Below are positions 52,087 through 64,000 of a stretch of DNA of 64,000 nucleotides, piece by piece (position 1 is the stretch's first letter; each line of letters begins with the position of its first letter). Source of the DNA: Oopsacas minuta (lineage: Eukaryota; Animalia; Porifera); contig JAKMXF010000155.1 of the NCBI GenBank assembly GCA_024704765.1, positions 262,801 to 326,800 of the forward strand, in the 5' to 3' direction. Below the pieces are notes generated by a model. It worked only from the letters and a program-made list of their open reading frames with translations. It was not told where the DNA came from and made no database searches. The position numbers were made by a program, and so were the translations under genes.

Positions 52087-55000
52087 CACAGTGGGTTACT
52101 GGCTTCCAGTAGGGGAAAATTTCATATCTAAATCTTGTCAATTTATCTATTTTGAATGATTAGAAATATGTAGGAGTATCCAAATCTACAAATGCTTTTT
52201 ATCTGAATCAACTTACATTAGTATTGTACGATTTCAAAGTCTCACAAAGTTTTATTTAAATTTCAGGCCTTTTGAAATCATATTTTTGTTCACCCAACTT
52301 AAATTCTTATACATATATTTCCCTCTTCAAAATACTATCAAACTTATACCTGGCGTAGTTTTTATGTTACTTTTACAGCTCAAACCTAACTTATGTGAAT
52401 TATCACTATTTTTGTATACTTATACTTTGTGATGATTCAGCATAATTATAGGTATATAATATGAATAATATGAACATATTATATTGTGAACAAACCGTTC
52501 CCACAATTTCTCGCACTATTCAGGATATTACACGCATGACAATATCTAATACAGCTATTCTATGAATATTTGGTCAACGAAGTTCAGCGAAATCAAAATA
52601 ATACCAACATTCCATTCTATACTTTTGGTTACTATGGCATGTCAAGCTAAAATGTTTCTATGTTGATGTAATGTTTAACTTAACTATTTTATTCACATGA
52701 CTCACAAAATACAATCTAACTTATTATACATGATACTACATTTGTTTAAATATTATCAGTGACTTCTGATAAGTGTTTGACAATAGAATTAATATCTGAA
52801 CTGTCGCAGATTAAGTTCGCTTTACACCCTCGTTGATGTCCCAACTCTCCACATTTCTTACATTTGAGGCACTTACGAAACTTCTCATTGAGTACTTGCT
52901 CTCCTACTACATATATTCGGGAGAATGTCTTACACTTCTGAAAGCGATTCTGATTTTCGCGATAGATACTCACTAAACCTGGTATTAGCTTATGTGCCTG
53001 TTCCAAACCTTCTTCAGAGAATTTCTTAAGGCCACTATTGTCATTCAATCCTATAAATTGATAGGTATGTGCTAGAAATTTATGCACTGTGGGAGTTATT
53101 GAAACCCAGGGGTAATGATCTACAGGAGACATATTTCTTCCTCTCGTTCCTTGAAGTTACTAACATTGATGTTTAACATTGATTAGTCACACGAAGTAGA
53201 GCAGAAATATTTCTATACAAAAATTTGAAATTTTCAACGTCTTCTTGAGGTATAAAGGAGAGCGCCGTTAAAAAGGAAAATCATCAGAAAAGAACAAACG
53301 AGCTGAATTACCAGTGCTAGAGTTCCCACTTCCTCCAGGTTGGTCGAACGAAATATTCCTAACTTCTTTAATCCGTTGTTTAATCAGTTTATGGCTGGTA
53401 CTAATATTTGCATGCTCTGCCCAGCTACGTTTCCCGCTGCTATCCGACATAATATTTTCAGGAATCAATCAAGTATACGTAAGTATGAGTGTAATAGTGT
53501 AATAGTGTAATAGGAAAGACTTCAATTGAACTTGCAGGTTCATGAGTGATTCCAACTCGTTGTCGGAAGGAAAAGCTGTAAGCTCCTTTCCATCAGATGT
53601 TAGCTCTACGATAGTATCTTGGATCGCTTGCAACGTGCAATTAAGCGAAAAGCCTGCTATTACAACTCCAGGGTCTGATACATCAGTTTGACCTGCTAAG
53701 CAACACTGACGAGCATCGCCACCGCGACTAGTAAATATGACACACATTTACCATCTAATATTGAGGCCATAATTTCAATATTTGCATGTCCACCTTCATT
53801 CTCGAAGCCAGTTGGCACGCGTCTGTTAATTTGTGGATTCAATAAATTCTTTAGGTAGTGACACTTTCAATATTCTCTTTTTGAGATGTCAATGCGATTG
53901 GCTGGTTGGAGAATCTAGAATTTGGGTATTGATTAGATCCGATAATTTACCTTCACGATCTTTCAATTCAAGAGGAGAAACCATAAGCAAGAAAAAGGGT
54001 GGATGATCACGAGCTGTTTGAGATCTAAGATTAGATACACTGTGACTTTCCGACCCATCTACACCATGTTTAACCATAAAGTTGAACGGATACATCAGGG
54101 GTTCTTCAATGGATTGTATAGAGTATGTGATGGCACATTTTAAGAGGTTTACTGTGTCGTCAATGTAATTAACTGCTACCCCAATTGGATTTGATGCTGA
54201 TTGGTAAATTGGAATGGATGTATTAGAGTTGTACGAAAATCACGTATTTTAGACCAACTGGCTAACTTTAAACCTTTGAAATTAGAAAATACTTTAGATC
54301 CGTCCATTAAATTTTCCCAGATTGAGGTTATATGCAAGGAATGATGACTTTCTGGCTAAACCAATTTGTTAGAAGGAAGGTTATCAAGATTATCGCCTTC
54401 GGAAATTCTTTTTACAATAAGAGCAATGCTATGGCATCCTGGTGTAGCAACTGCAGAAAAATATAATATCAGAGCAACATACTGAATAATGCTGATGCCT
54501 TCTGAACGAGCAAATTGAGATAACCTTCCATAATACCAGTATTTCGAGGCGTGCACGTTTAGAATCTGATATTTCAAATCTTCTAGGGATTTCCGTTTAG
54601 GGATATTCGGATGAACCACCGACAGATCTGCTGGGATTGTAGTTTCAGATCTTGTTATATAGTCCTGACGCTTAAGAACAATTTGTTCAAGATTATTGTC
54701 GGACTGATTATGGTGCATTCGTTCTCTAAGCCGAGTAACCTCAAATGGAGGTTCTTCACCTCTTTTGAGAACGTTGGTAATTGTGAGTCGATTACAAGTT
54801 TTTCTCCAATTATTCTACTTGCCAAATTGACATCTACTTTAGCATTTCGATAGCCTTGTTTAGTATCCAGAAATATTTCATTTACATCATGCACTGTATG
54901 TGATATTTACAGCTTTGTATGACCATAATTATGTGAAATAGTTCGATTTACACCAATTTAGGTTTAAATGTATATGTATTTTGTGGTTAATAGATCACAT

Positions 55001-55343
55001 TCCTATACAACATATCCGAATCGCAATATTATGCTTTAAACAAGATTTGGTTACCATTCCACAATAAATAATGCATTGCCTAGTTACTAGTGATTGGTAT
55101 TGAGACAAGATAGTATTAAGAATATCTTATATTGTAATGAATTATATCAAAAGAAATAAATTTGAATACTTTTGAAATTAGATATGACGTCATATTTTCA
55201 AATGCTAACTCATCCTCAAAATCTGATAGTCCAAAAACATTTTCTTTAGTTAAATTCCCAGTAGCCAAAAATTCAGGGGAAAAGAATATATGATGTTGAA
55301 GTTATGGCCTACTGGAAATAATGACCACAAATAATCCACTGTG
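52087..55343 (-). mobile_element. RAG1-like/Transib element 2, both ends present
   Basis: CACAGTGG at both termini and direct repeat CAGTAA on both flanks. An internal TTCCAGTAGG motif lies in both ends. Confidence 0.9.
52746..54894 (-). pseudogene. RAG1-like (Transib) transposase, multiply frameshifted
   Basis: KRKSLEDL, HGVDGSESH, PNSRFSNQPIAL, ILDGK, GNSSTGNSARLFF, PTVHKFLAH, FSEEGLEQAHK and terminal CKKCGELGHQRGC. Confidence 0.88.
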
Positions 55344-58163
55344 CAGTAATACCTTCAATTGTGGAACTCTGTGAACTGCTGAAAGTGTTCCTGATTTTTT
55401 TCTGTTACTTTAAGAGCTCTGCCTTTAGGGCCTAGCAGAGACTTTATGACTCATTATGTTCCCTTGGAGTTGTTCCAATTGTGCTTTTACCGATGTCAAC
55501 TTTTCCATCCTATGCTTTTCTTCTATCTCATAGCTTTTGCCCAGTACCTCTATGTTTGAAATCTTTATCATCAGCAAGTAACTCATCCAAATATAGGTAT
55601 ATGTGAGTATAAACTGTATTACCTCGAATTGTAACCCTCCTAGGATAATCCCTGCCAAAAAGGATTTAACAGTTTTATTTACCTGCAGCGAATAGTAGCC
55701 TCCCTGTAATTAAGTTTATCAACTGCCACCTCGTTTGTAACCATTTGCTATATTTTCATAGCATTGTTATACATGATTCACGTCTGCACTGCCATCGAGT
55801 GTGCCCCTAAGGGACCTAAAAACCTAAAACAGCTCCGGATATTATTCAAACTAATACTCTATATTTCTAAACTATCCAACCGAAATTATTTAATTCTAAG
55901 TGTGTGCTTTTTGTAGTCAAATTGCGGTTCTCGTCGTAGCGTAACCCGCTTCAAATCTTATTTATTAATCATTGGTATTTTTAGAGTACTAATCACATTC
56001 TAAAGATATACTGGAGTGCTTCCCCTGCTTTGTCTCCGAGCTAGAGTCTGCCTTATGCTCTGCAATTCGTTCACAGGAATTATCATAAATTTATACATTG
56101 ACTAACTTACACGGTGTTTTTGGAATTCTAGTCACTGTACCTTCCAAGAAAATATATGCATTGTTCTTTCGATTGATTGAACAAAAGGATTCCTCCACCA
56201 ATAACATTTCCATCAATTCGTATTCTAATGTATTCTATTCGAGACGGGCCAATATGGTAAAACTACAGAGTTTGAGCATATTTCATATCAAAATTGCAAT
56301 CTGCGTATTTACATACCCTAGTATTGCAACTTTCTATCTTATCTATATGATAATGCTAGTTATACTTAACTCATGACGCATATGTAAAGTTTGACATAAT
56401 ATACAGAGTTCCCAGTGAATAGATATTGGATACTTCATCTTCTAAAGGAATATACTTTGTAATTGGCCATGATATGCACAGTATTGGAAAGTGATGGGGT
56501 AATTGTTACTTAGAGTAGGCTGAAGATATATGGTAAAATGCTGTTATATATATATTAAATCAACTCTGTAGATTTCAAAAATGGCACCATATTTTTAGTT
56601 ACACTTCTGGAAATCGGACTGTGACATAATGTGTTGTATTTTATGTAATTCATAATTGTGGTTCTATAAATGACTTAATTTTATCTCTACTGATGTATAT
56701 CAGCCCTATTTCTCGATTTATTCACACCTCCCACCTCAGAATTCGACCCAAAATTTCCTCCAACATCTCAAAACCACGGATGTAACATTTCTGAAGTGTT
56801 GGACTAACTTTAGGCCGAATTCCGGGCTGGCAGGTGTAAAATACCAAAGTCGGCCACATACAGAGCTTTTAAACATATCTTAGCTACATATAACTATTTA
56901 AATCACGTTGATATCTCTACATATGTTGATGTCGCATTGCTGGAACCTGGGCCATTTTGAAAATTTCAGCGGCCAATTCGCCTAATTCACAATTATTTCT
57001 AAATTAGGACATATAGCATATAATATTTGAAACACCTTTTGTTTTTCTTTAAATTTATTTTTTTATACAACACAGTTGGTAAATATTGTTAAAAATTTTT
57101 GTAAATATTTTCTATTTCAAATTCTGAATCATAAAATTCTAAGTAAGAAACATTCAAAATCTCACCAGGCTGATATATATTTTCTCCTTATTCTTAATTC
57201 AGTTAGCTGAGATTTCATAACTGGAATACTATTCAATTCTTCCGATTTAATCTACTTTCCCCGATTTAAGCCGATATCCCATTGTCACCATATTATTTCT
57301 CTAGACTCACTACTTATTAACCCTCTACTTGGATGGATTCTGTCGAATTCGTTTTATTGTATCGTGAGCCGTTAATCCCCAAATTTCTATTTTATTCCTA
57401 TATTCTACTCATTATAGAATTCCTCAAAGGTCAAATACACGTGAAAAACGGTTGTAAATCACCTGTCAGTGTTATCTCTAAAGAATCAGTGTATCATCTA
57501 GATTTTGCCCTCTTCAGGCCTAACGTCCTGAAAAATTTACATATATGATGCCTCTTCCAGGATTTTATAGTGCATCTCTCGCGATTGTCATATCCTGTTT
57601 GGATATCCTGATTTGAGTTAACCTCTAGTTTGGACAATATAACTTGTCAAATTGATATTATGTATGCAGTAGATGTTTCTCTTTTAATGCACTGGTTCAT
57701 CTATCCTATATCACAATTGTATGTACATATGACATAGTCTTATAATATATGACTCTTACAGAAAATTCTGCTATGGATGGTAGGGGCATATGGTTATATT
57801 GCCCATTGATATACAAACTCTATTACCATAGAAAACTTGAAAAATACAGCCTAAGATGAGCGATGCTTTTCGAATCAAACCACTATTGATTGTCGACTAG
57901 ATATGTATCGACAAATTTATTAGTTGTATTGTTCGATTTACCTCACGATTAGGCTCTATACAATCTCTGCTAGTTTAATTGGATAGGCATGTTTTATCAG
58001 ATTTATTGAGTATCCCCATTATTAACCATACGATTTGAATTTCAAAATTTTTTCACCACTTGGAAAATATAATACGTACTTCAGATCGTAATAATTAACA
58101 TTAACATTACACTTGTTTATAGATATAGATAGATATAGAATATCTCTTTGTTAATAGAATAAT

Positions 58164-58330
58164 GATTGCCAGTCAGCTCTCCATATACCAACTCGTACTA
58201 GATACCAGCTCGTATCATGTCGGCTCGTACTACATCAACTCGTAATAAGTCATGTCGTACTGGGTCAGCTCTTACTAGCTCAGTTCGTACAAAGCCTAAA
58301 AATACCAGGGCACAATCTGTCCTAGACCAG
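58164..58330 (+). repeat. Solo MULE-type terminus
   Basis: Starts GATTGCCAGTCAGCTC with repeated (A/G)CTCGTA units, like the right TIR of 37379-42666. Confidence 0.6.
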
Positions 58331-60184
58331 TCTGTACTGCATGAGGTAACCTATCCCCCTAATTAATGTATCCCCCGGTGGCAAAGTAATTAGAAAAATT
58401 TGTCTCCGATGAAATAATTTGCGGCACTTTCTTTTATATCGCATAGTAAATACTCTTGACAGCAAATTCGAATAGTGCTTTAGAATACCCAGGGGCAAGA
58501 TTCAATACTTCTTATCCACTAATCTAATGTAAATGCACTCGACAACGACAAGCACACGTTATAATATGGCGATACAACAAAATGGTAATAGATATTTCCC
58601 TTTGGACTATGTTCACTTAAATTTAGTATAAGTTGGTAAGTGTTTCGAGTTGACTGGTTCCCATGATAATACAAACCAAAGCTTTTGTAGAAAAATCTAT
58701 TCCCATGCATTGTTATATACTGTAGAATAATACAATGTATATTCCTGACATTGCAATATGTATGAGAACTATTTGTAAAACTTTGTGAGAGATTACCAAC
58801 ATTCAGAAACCCCCAATTGATTCTTAATACTATCTCTTCTATAGTATTTCACTTCGAATGTTTCCAATTAGTATTTCGAAAACAACACAATTTGCAAATT
58901 GCGAATTTCTATGCCTGGTACTAACTCATTCATTCTTTAGTTTTTCTTGTCCATTAGTTTTCGAAAACATTACTGTTTATTGAATTATATATATTGTACC
59001 ATGGATAGTATTGGTATTGTTCATATAGTACCCGAAAGAGCTAGGGTTTTAATACCCCCAAATCAAAACAAAAATGGTTGAATTTATGCACAAAAATATC
59101 CTTTTGTTTTTGGGAAAAAGTAATATTGAACATACATAGAGTGCGCTTGCAGAGCCATTGGTTAACATTGGGGCCACTGTTAAATCGGCTCAGTTGATCA
59201 TGAACAGGACCATCCCAATGGTTAAAATTCTCTACATACTTTATGAGGCTAACTGCTAGAATCATATTGGACATCTATGTAGTTTCAAGCCTATGTTTAT
59301 GCTTATTTCTCTAACAATCCAAATCAAGGCCATGAATACCGTCCTAGAAATTGATAAATTCATATATCTTCTGAAACCTCAGGATTTCTCTTTCTTAATG
59401 TATACATTCTTTTGGATCTTGGGGTTGGTTTGGGACTATTTCTTTGAATTTTGCCAACTTGTTTCTTTTGGTTTCTAACAAAGCTAATTGATCTAAAGTT
59501 AGACCAGAATACGAACCACTAATACCATAGGCCACTCCCAACGATTCTTCAACCGTACAGTATTGAATATCTGAATATGAAACTCTTCTTAATCCGATAA
59601 TTATATCTTGAACCCTTTAAACCTAAAAACACATACAAAGAAGCTTGAGGTTCCAACTAATATTCATGGCAATCTAGAATACGTAATTTATTACATTTCT
59701 TTCAACTTTCGCTTTTGGTACCTTTGAAAATCACCATTGAGATATATTATTTACTTGATTTGCTAAAAACCAATTTCCAGCTACGGATACAAGCTTCTGA
59801 ATGATAAAATATACGACTTAGATCACAAGATGGACGTTGCTTTTTCCATCATTGACAATCATTGGCATTTATTACGATATTCTTGGATGAATCAATAATG
59901 ATTTTCCAAAACTGGCTTCTAATATATATCTCCATTAGTTCGCTGTCATTTTCAATCCAAAAAAGATATTCCAAGAAGAATCAATAGATTCTAGGACCAC
60001 CTCAGATGAATATTTCAAGCTCCACGATTAGATAACTCTATGAGTTTGAACTGATATAGACATCGACAAGTATATCTCTTTCAACAGTTAATGAGCCTTG
60101 TCAAATACGACATGATCGACTACGTTATTAGGACTAGTGCAGTGAATAGCCAGCAAAAAACGCTAAGGCTGAAGCACTTATATG

Positions 60185-60944
60185 CAGTGGAAGCGGCTTA
60201 ATCGGGACAGCTCGGGAGTCAATGTTTTGTCCCGATTAACCGATTGTCCTGATTAACCGATTGTGATTATTGAAGTATTCAAAACTAGTTTTCATTGTCA
60301 CATGACCAGATATATCTTATTTCTATACTACTAATCCTGATTTATCTAGGGTCTAGTAGAGATTTGGGTGTAGTATGGGTATAGTTCCGGTTCAAGAGGT
60401 CATAAATACGTTACGCTATATACTTAGAAGGTAAGAAAATAAAATTTAAATAATAAAGTATGTGCTTTGGACTGCAACCCATGCAAAACGTTTGGATATC
60501 CAACCGTGTGGTCATTATTGAGGGAATTATACATGGTGGAATAGCCAATGGAAACTGAGGCGAGTGAGCAATGTTAATAATCTTAGTATAGTAAATGGTA
60601 ATCGCATCGATGTTGTATTGTTATGGTTGTAGATAATATTCAAATTCATAGTTTTAGAACAAACCATTTTACAATGATTCTGAATAAATATAGAATCGTA
60701 AAATTGGGATAGAAATCCCAATTAAGCGAATATAATTCATATTCGGTTAATCGGGATAAGAAATCTTAAATAACCGATTATGAACTTTCAAAAATTCGGG
60801 TAATCTGGGTGAAAAATCCCGAGTAACCGATTCAATGTCCCAATTATCCCACGATTTTTCTATTTAAAAGATCTGTTCCCAAACCATTGTCCTGTTTAAG
60901 CGGATATCCCGATTATCCGAGTCCCGATTAAGCGGCTTCCACTG
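60185..60944. mobile_element. Non-autonomous pogo/Tigger-like MITE
   Basis: 24-bp TIR CAGTGGAAGC(G/C)GCTTAATCGGGAC with 1 mismatch. Flanks TG/TA. Subterminal CCGATTAA repeats. Confidence 0.8.
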
Positions 60945-62039
60945 TACCATGTCTATGGCGGATAGATCAGAAATAGCGCTCAAGAAAAGATCTAGATCGA
61001 CTTCATTGCTAGTATCTTGAATATCTAATAACGAGAAAGATTGAATGAACTCTTGTAAAGAGGTATACTAGGCACAGTCTGAGTGTAAAATAGACTTAAC
61101 ATATTGGATACTTTGAGGCAGCGTCTGATTCTAAGAATTTGCTCCTGATGCGATATTGTCTATAATGGTTTTCCAATGGATCGGTCAGTAGGAAAGATGT
61201 TAATAGGTACGAAAGCCACAGTTCTCAGTTAGAGAATTTGCTATCTGTGGTAAACGAGACAAGCATGTTTGAAGCTTGGTGAATGTTTGCTTGCTTAATT
61301 TGCCACTTTTCCCAGGGATTGACTGCCAAGCTTTAAGCCAGTAGACAATTCGAGTCAGGAAGATAAAGTTATCATCATTGAATGCTCTGGTTTAGACGAT
61401 TTATGTTCAATGTTACCAAGTATGGATTGGTGTCCACTGTCCAACGTCTTAGCTCGAATAATCGAGTCTCAAATGTTAGTAATAAGTGCTATTATAACCA
61501 TACATAGCTCACTTTTCGATAATGATGCACATGAATAATACCGAGAAAATGACGTATAGTAACCGTTACTCATTTATAATGCCTTTTAAATCGAGAGAGA
61601 GATCTACAACAAATGTACGATATTCAAATAAAGGCGAATATATCTCAGAAATGGTTCTTTAGATTTTAGTGATGTTTTTGGAAATTGCCGCAATTATAGA
61701 ATAGCAGTAACAAATGTTCACAAGCTAGATATTGATCCTAATTAGCATATTTGACCTTTGTAGCCAAAGTAACTGGGATAACAGGAAGTCCGACATTTCG
61801 TTACACGACATTTCGCTACTTATTTGATTGGTCAATTTTAATTATTATTTTAAATCAAATTTTAAAGTAGTTTGACGGTTTGAAAAATAAATAAAGTACT
61901 CAGATATCAATATACAATTCTAAGTAGAGTTAAATAATACTCATAAATTGTTCTTGAAATAAGGATTCGATAATAATATAGGAATTTCAATGTATCAACT
62001 GTGAATTTCTAAGGTCAAACTTGTATAGTTTCCCTGATA

Positions 62040-62186
62040 GGGTAAAATGCTCTGACTAAGATAGATGAAAGTTATTTTAGGATTCGTATATATGGTTCAT
62101 CATGAGCAGTATATTACTGCTCATGATGAAACTTATTTACGAATCCTAAAATAACTTTCATCTATCTTAGTCAGAGCATTTTACTC
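62040..62186. mobile_element. 147-bp near-perfect palindromic mini-MITE
   Basis: G(G/A)GTAAAATGCTCTGACTAAGATAGATGAAAG... arms fold along almost the whole length, with TA flanks. Confidence 0.8.
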
Positions 62187-62881
62187 TATTTTCAAAATTA
62201 CAAACGACAGCAATATTTTCTTGGAATTCAAGGTCGCTTCGCTTACCATGAACTAGTGGGGCGATCAATTGCTGGAGCCAAGCGTGAAAACGCCTTTTGG
62301 TGTTCACAGTACTTCTATAGACCGTCATAACTCCAGCACCAACCTTTCCGGATATATTCGAATAGTATTTATCTTGTATACATGACATACCGTATACGAA
62401 ACACACCTAAGTTTTGCTGATACATATATCACGAAAACTTTGACCCTGCTCGATCGTTCAAGACGCGATTAATTAGTTCAAGTGTATAAAGCTAGCAAAC
62501 TACCCGTCGATTTCGACGGAATGTCATGAGCAGTACCTTAGTTAGTTAGGAGTAGGAACAGCTGAAATATCTCATCAGAAACTACGCAGAATTTCTAATT
62601 GGATGTACATGGCCCAATAGTAACTTAATATAATGTTGGAATATGAATTGGTACGGTCACTGACACTGAGGAACACTTGGGATTTTGTATAGGACTATTC
62701 ATGTATAATGATATGCTACTATTTCATTGGTCTATATTAGTGCTCCATGGGATTATCTACGACTCTGTTTATCGTCTATATGTTACAGCCTTACAGAGAT
62801 AAATATACGGAGCAGCTCAGTGTAGCATTTGAGTGTATGTCTTAAACAAATCTAACCGTGTCACACTGAATTCATTAAATA

Positions 62882-63381
62882 CTAGCGCGTTTCGCTTACT
62901 CCCGCTACGCGGTTGCGAACACTTCGTGTCCACAATCGGGCCTACGGCCTTTGAGTACATAAACTTATAATCTCAACTTTGGCAAACGTTATACTACTCT
63001 TTAAATCTGCTCACTTTCTGTCACCAAAAGTGGACAATATTTATAAAATGTTGTTTAGATTATCATATTCGATTACCAGTACAACGTTGTTTTGTTGTCG
63101 TTATTTAGTGTAACGTTTGGTTCTGGACTTACGAACTGAACCTATACGTTTTCTATATGGAAGAGCGAGACAGACAGACATACACAAACTGAGATTTAAT
63201 AATACAGATTAGGCCGTGGCTAATATTGACTGGTAATTTACTTCGCCCTGCATTTTTGGATTTTTGCGGTCTTCTATAGTTTAATAAACACAAACTGTAC
63301 ATTACATGCCGCTGGGAAATTAAACAATACATACTAGTAGATAAACATAGATAAAACATAATATAAACACATAATTAGAGA
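62882..63381 (-). mobile_element. Possible non-autonomous Helitron
   Basis: Minus strand begins A|TCTCTAATT, contains a (TCTG)n-like tract, and ends with a GC-rich CGCG...CGCG segment followed by CTAG|T. Confidence 0.4.
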
Positions 63382-63474
63382 TTGAGTTGGAGGAGTTTGT
63401 CAGGCAGCTACCACATCTTGACATCTGTCCTTAGTCCTTGGTAGCCGCATTGGAGAGGAGGAGGAGAATTAGAG

Positions 63475-64000
63475 ATGGGGGGCTTGGCAGTGGATTTGAG
63501 AGGAAAATGGAAGGCAAGAATTCACACTAAAGATACAGAGATAGTAAAGCGCACGAGTGAACATACTCATGCGCCTGACGAGCAGGCTGTGAGCTGCTGC
63601 GAGACGAAGCTGAGCATCAAGAAGAAAGCACGGGAGTCCCAGGATAGCGCACACCTCATGGTGGACGAGAGTTTGCAGACAGCATCAGAGGGTACTGCTG
63701 CTAAACTACCCAAGCTGGGCAGCCTGAAGCGACAATACAACGCCAACGTGCTAGTGTACTTGCAGCGCCAGTACAGCCTACCACTCTAGCAGAGCTAGCT
63801 CTGCCAGCAGTCTACCAGCAGACAGCCAAGGGAGAACAGTTCTTACTCTACGACTCTGGTGCAGACGATGTACACAGATTCCTCATCTTCGGGACACAAC
63901 ACAACCTCGGGATGCTGCAGCGAAGCAAGATCTGGCTAGCTGATGGCACCTTCAAGACGGCACCTCCCCTCTTCGCCCAGGTGTATGTGGTGCATGGACT
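63475..64000 (+). pseudogene. GC-rich MULE transposase fragment, runs off the window
   Basis: KARIH...EHTHAP, FLLYDSG and IWLADGTFKTAPPLFAQVYVVHG. Frameshifted. Confidence 0.85.

Noticed and set aside
52113-52745. RAG2-like partner gene beside either RAG1-like ORF
   Set aside because: There is no ORF of 60 aa or more here and too little space for a kelch propeller. None is seen at 16930-17200 either. A heavily decayed or external partner cannot be excluded without HMM searches.

Overview
AT-rich eukaryotic (probably animal) genomic DNA. It contains one recognisable host gene, a + strand 6-phosphofructokinase (PFK). Three coding exons are visible (8244-8672, 12221-12499, 51500-51910). They encode the N-terminal catalytic half, and intron 2 is about 39 kb. 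Most of the remaining sequence is nested DNA transposons, most with TIRs and TSDs that can be read directly. These include mariner DD34D (one with an intact ORF), maT DD37D, Tc1 DD34E, TRT DD37E, pogo/Tigger, four hAT lineages (three nested together), three MULEs, a Merlin with ~600 bp TIRs, several MITEs, and two divergent RAG1-like/Transib elements. The best lead is the RAG1-like element at 52087-55343. Its ends are bipartite and asymmetric like recombination signal sequences: CACAGTG, then a 10-nt or 19-nt spacer, then TTCCAGTAGG. It is flanked by a 6-bp direct repeat, and its decayed transposase has an NBD-like N-terminus and a CxxC-GH-C tail. All calls come from reading motifs by eye; no database searches were run.
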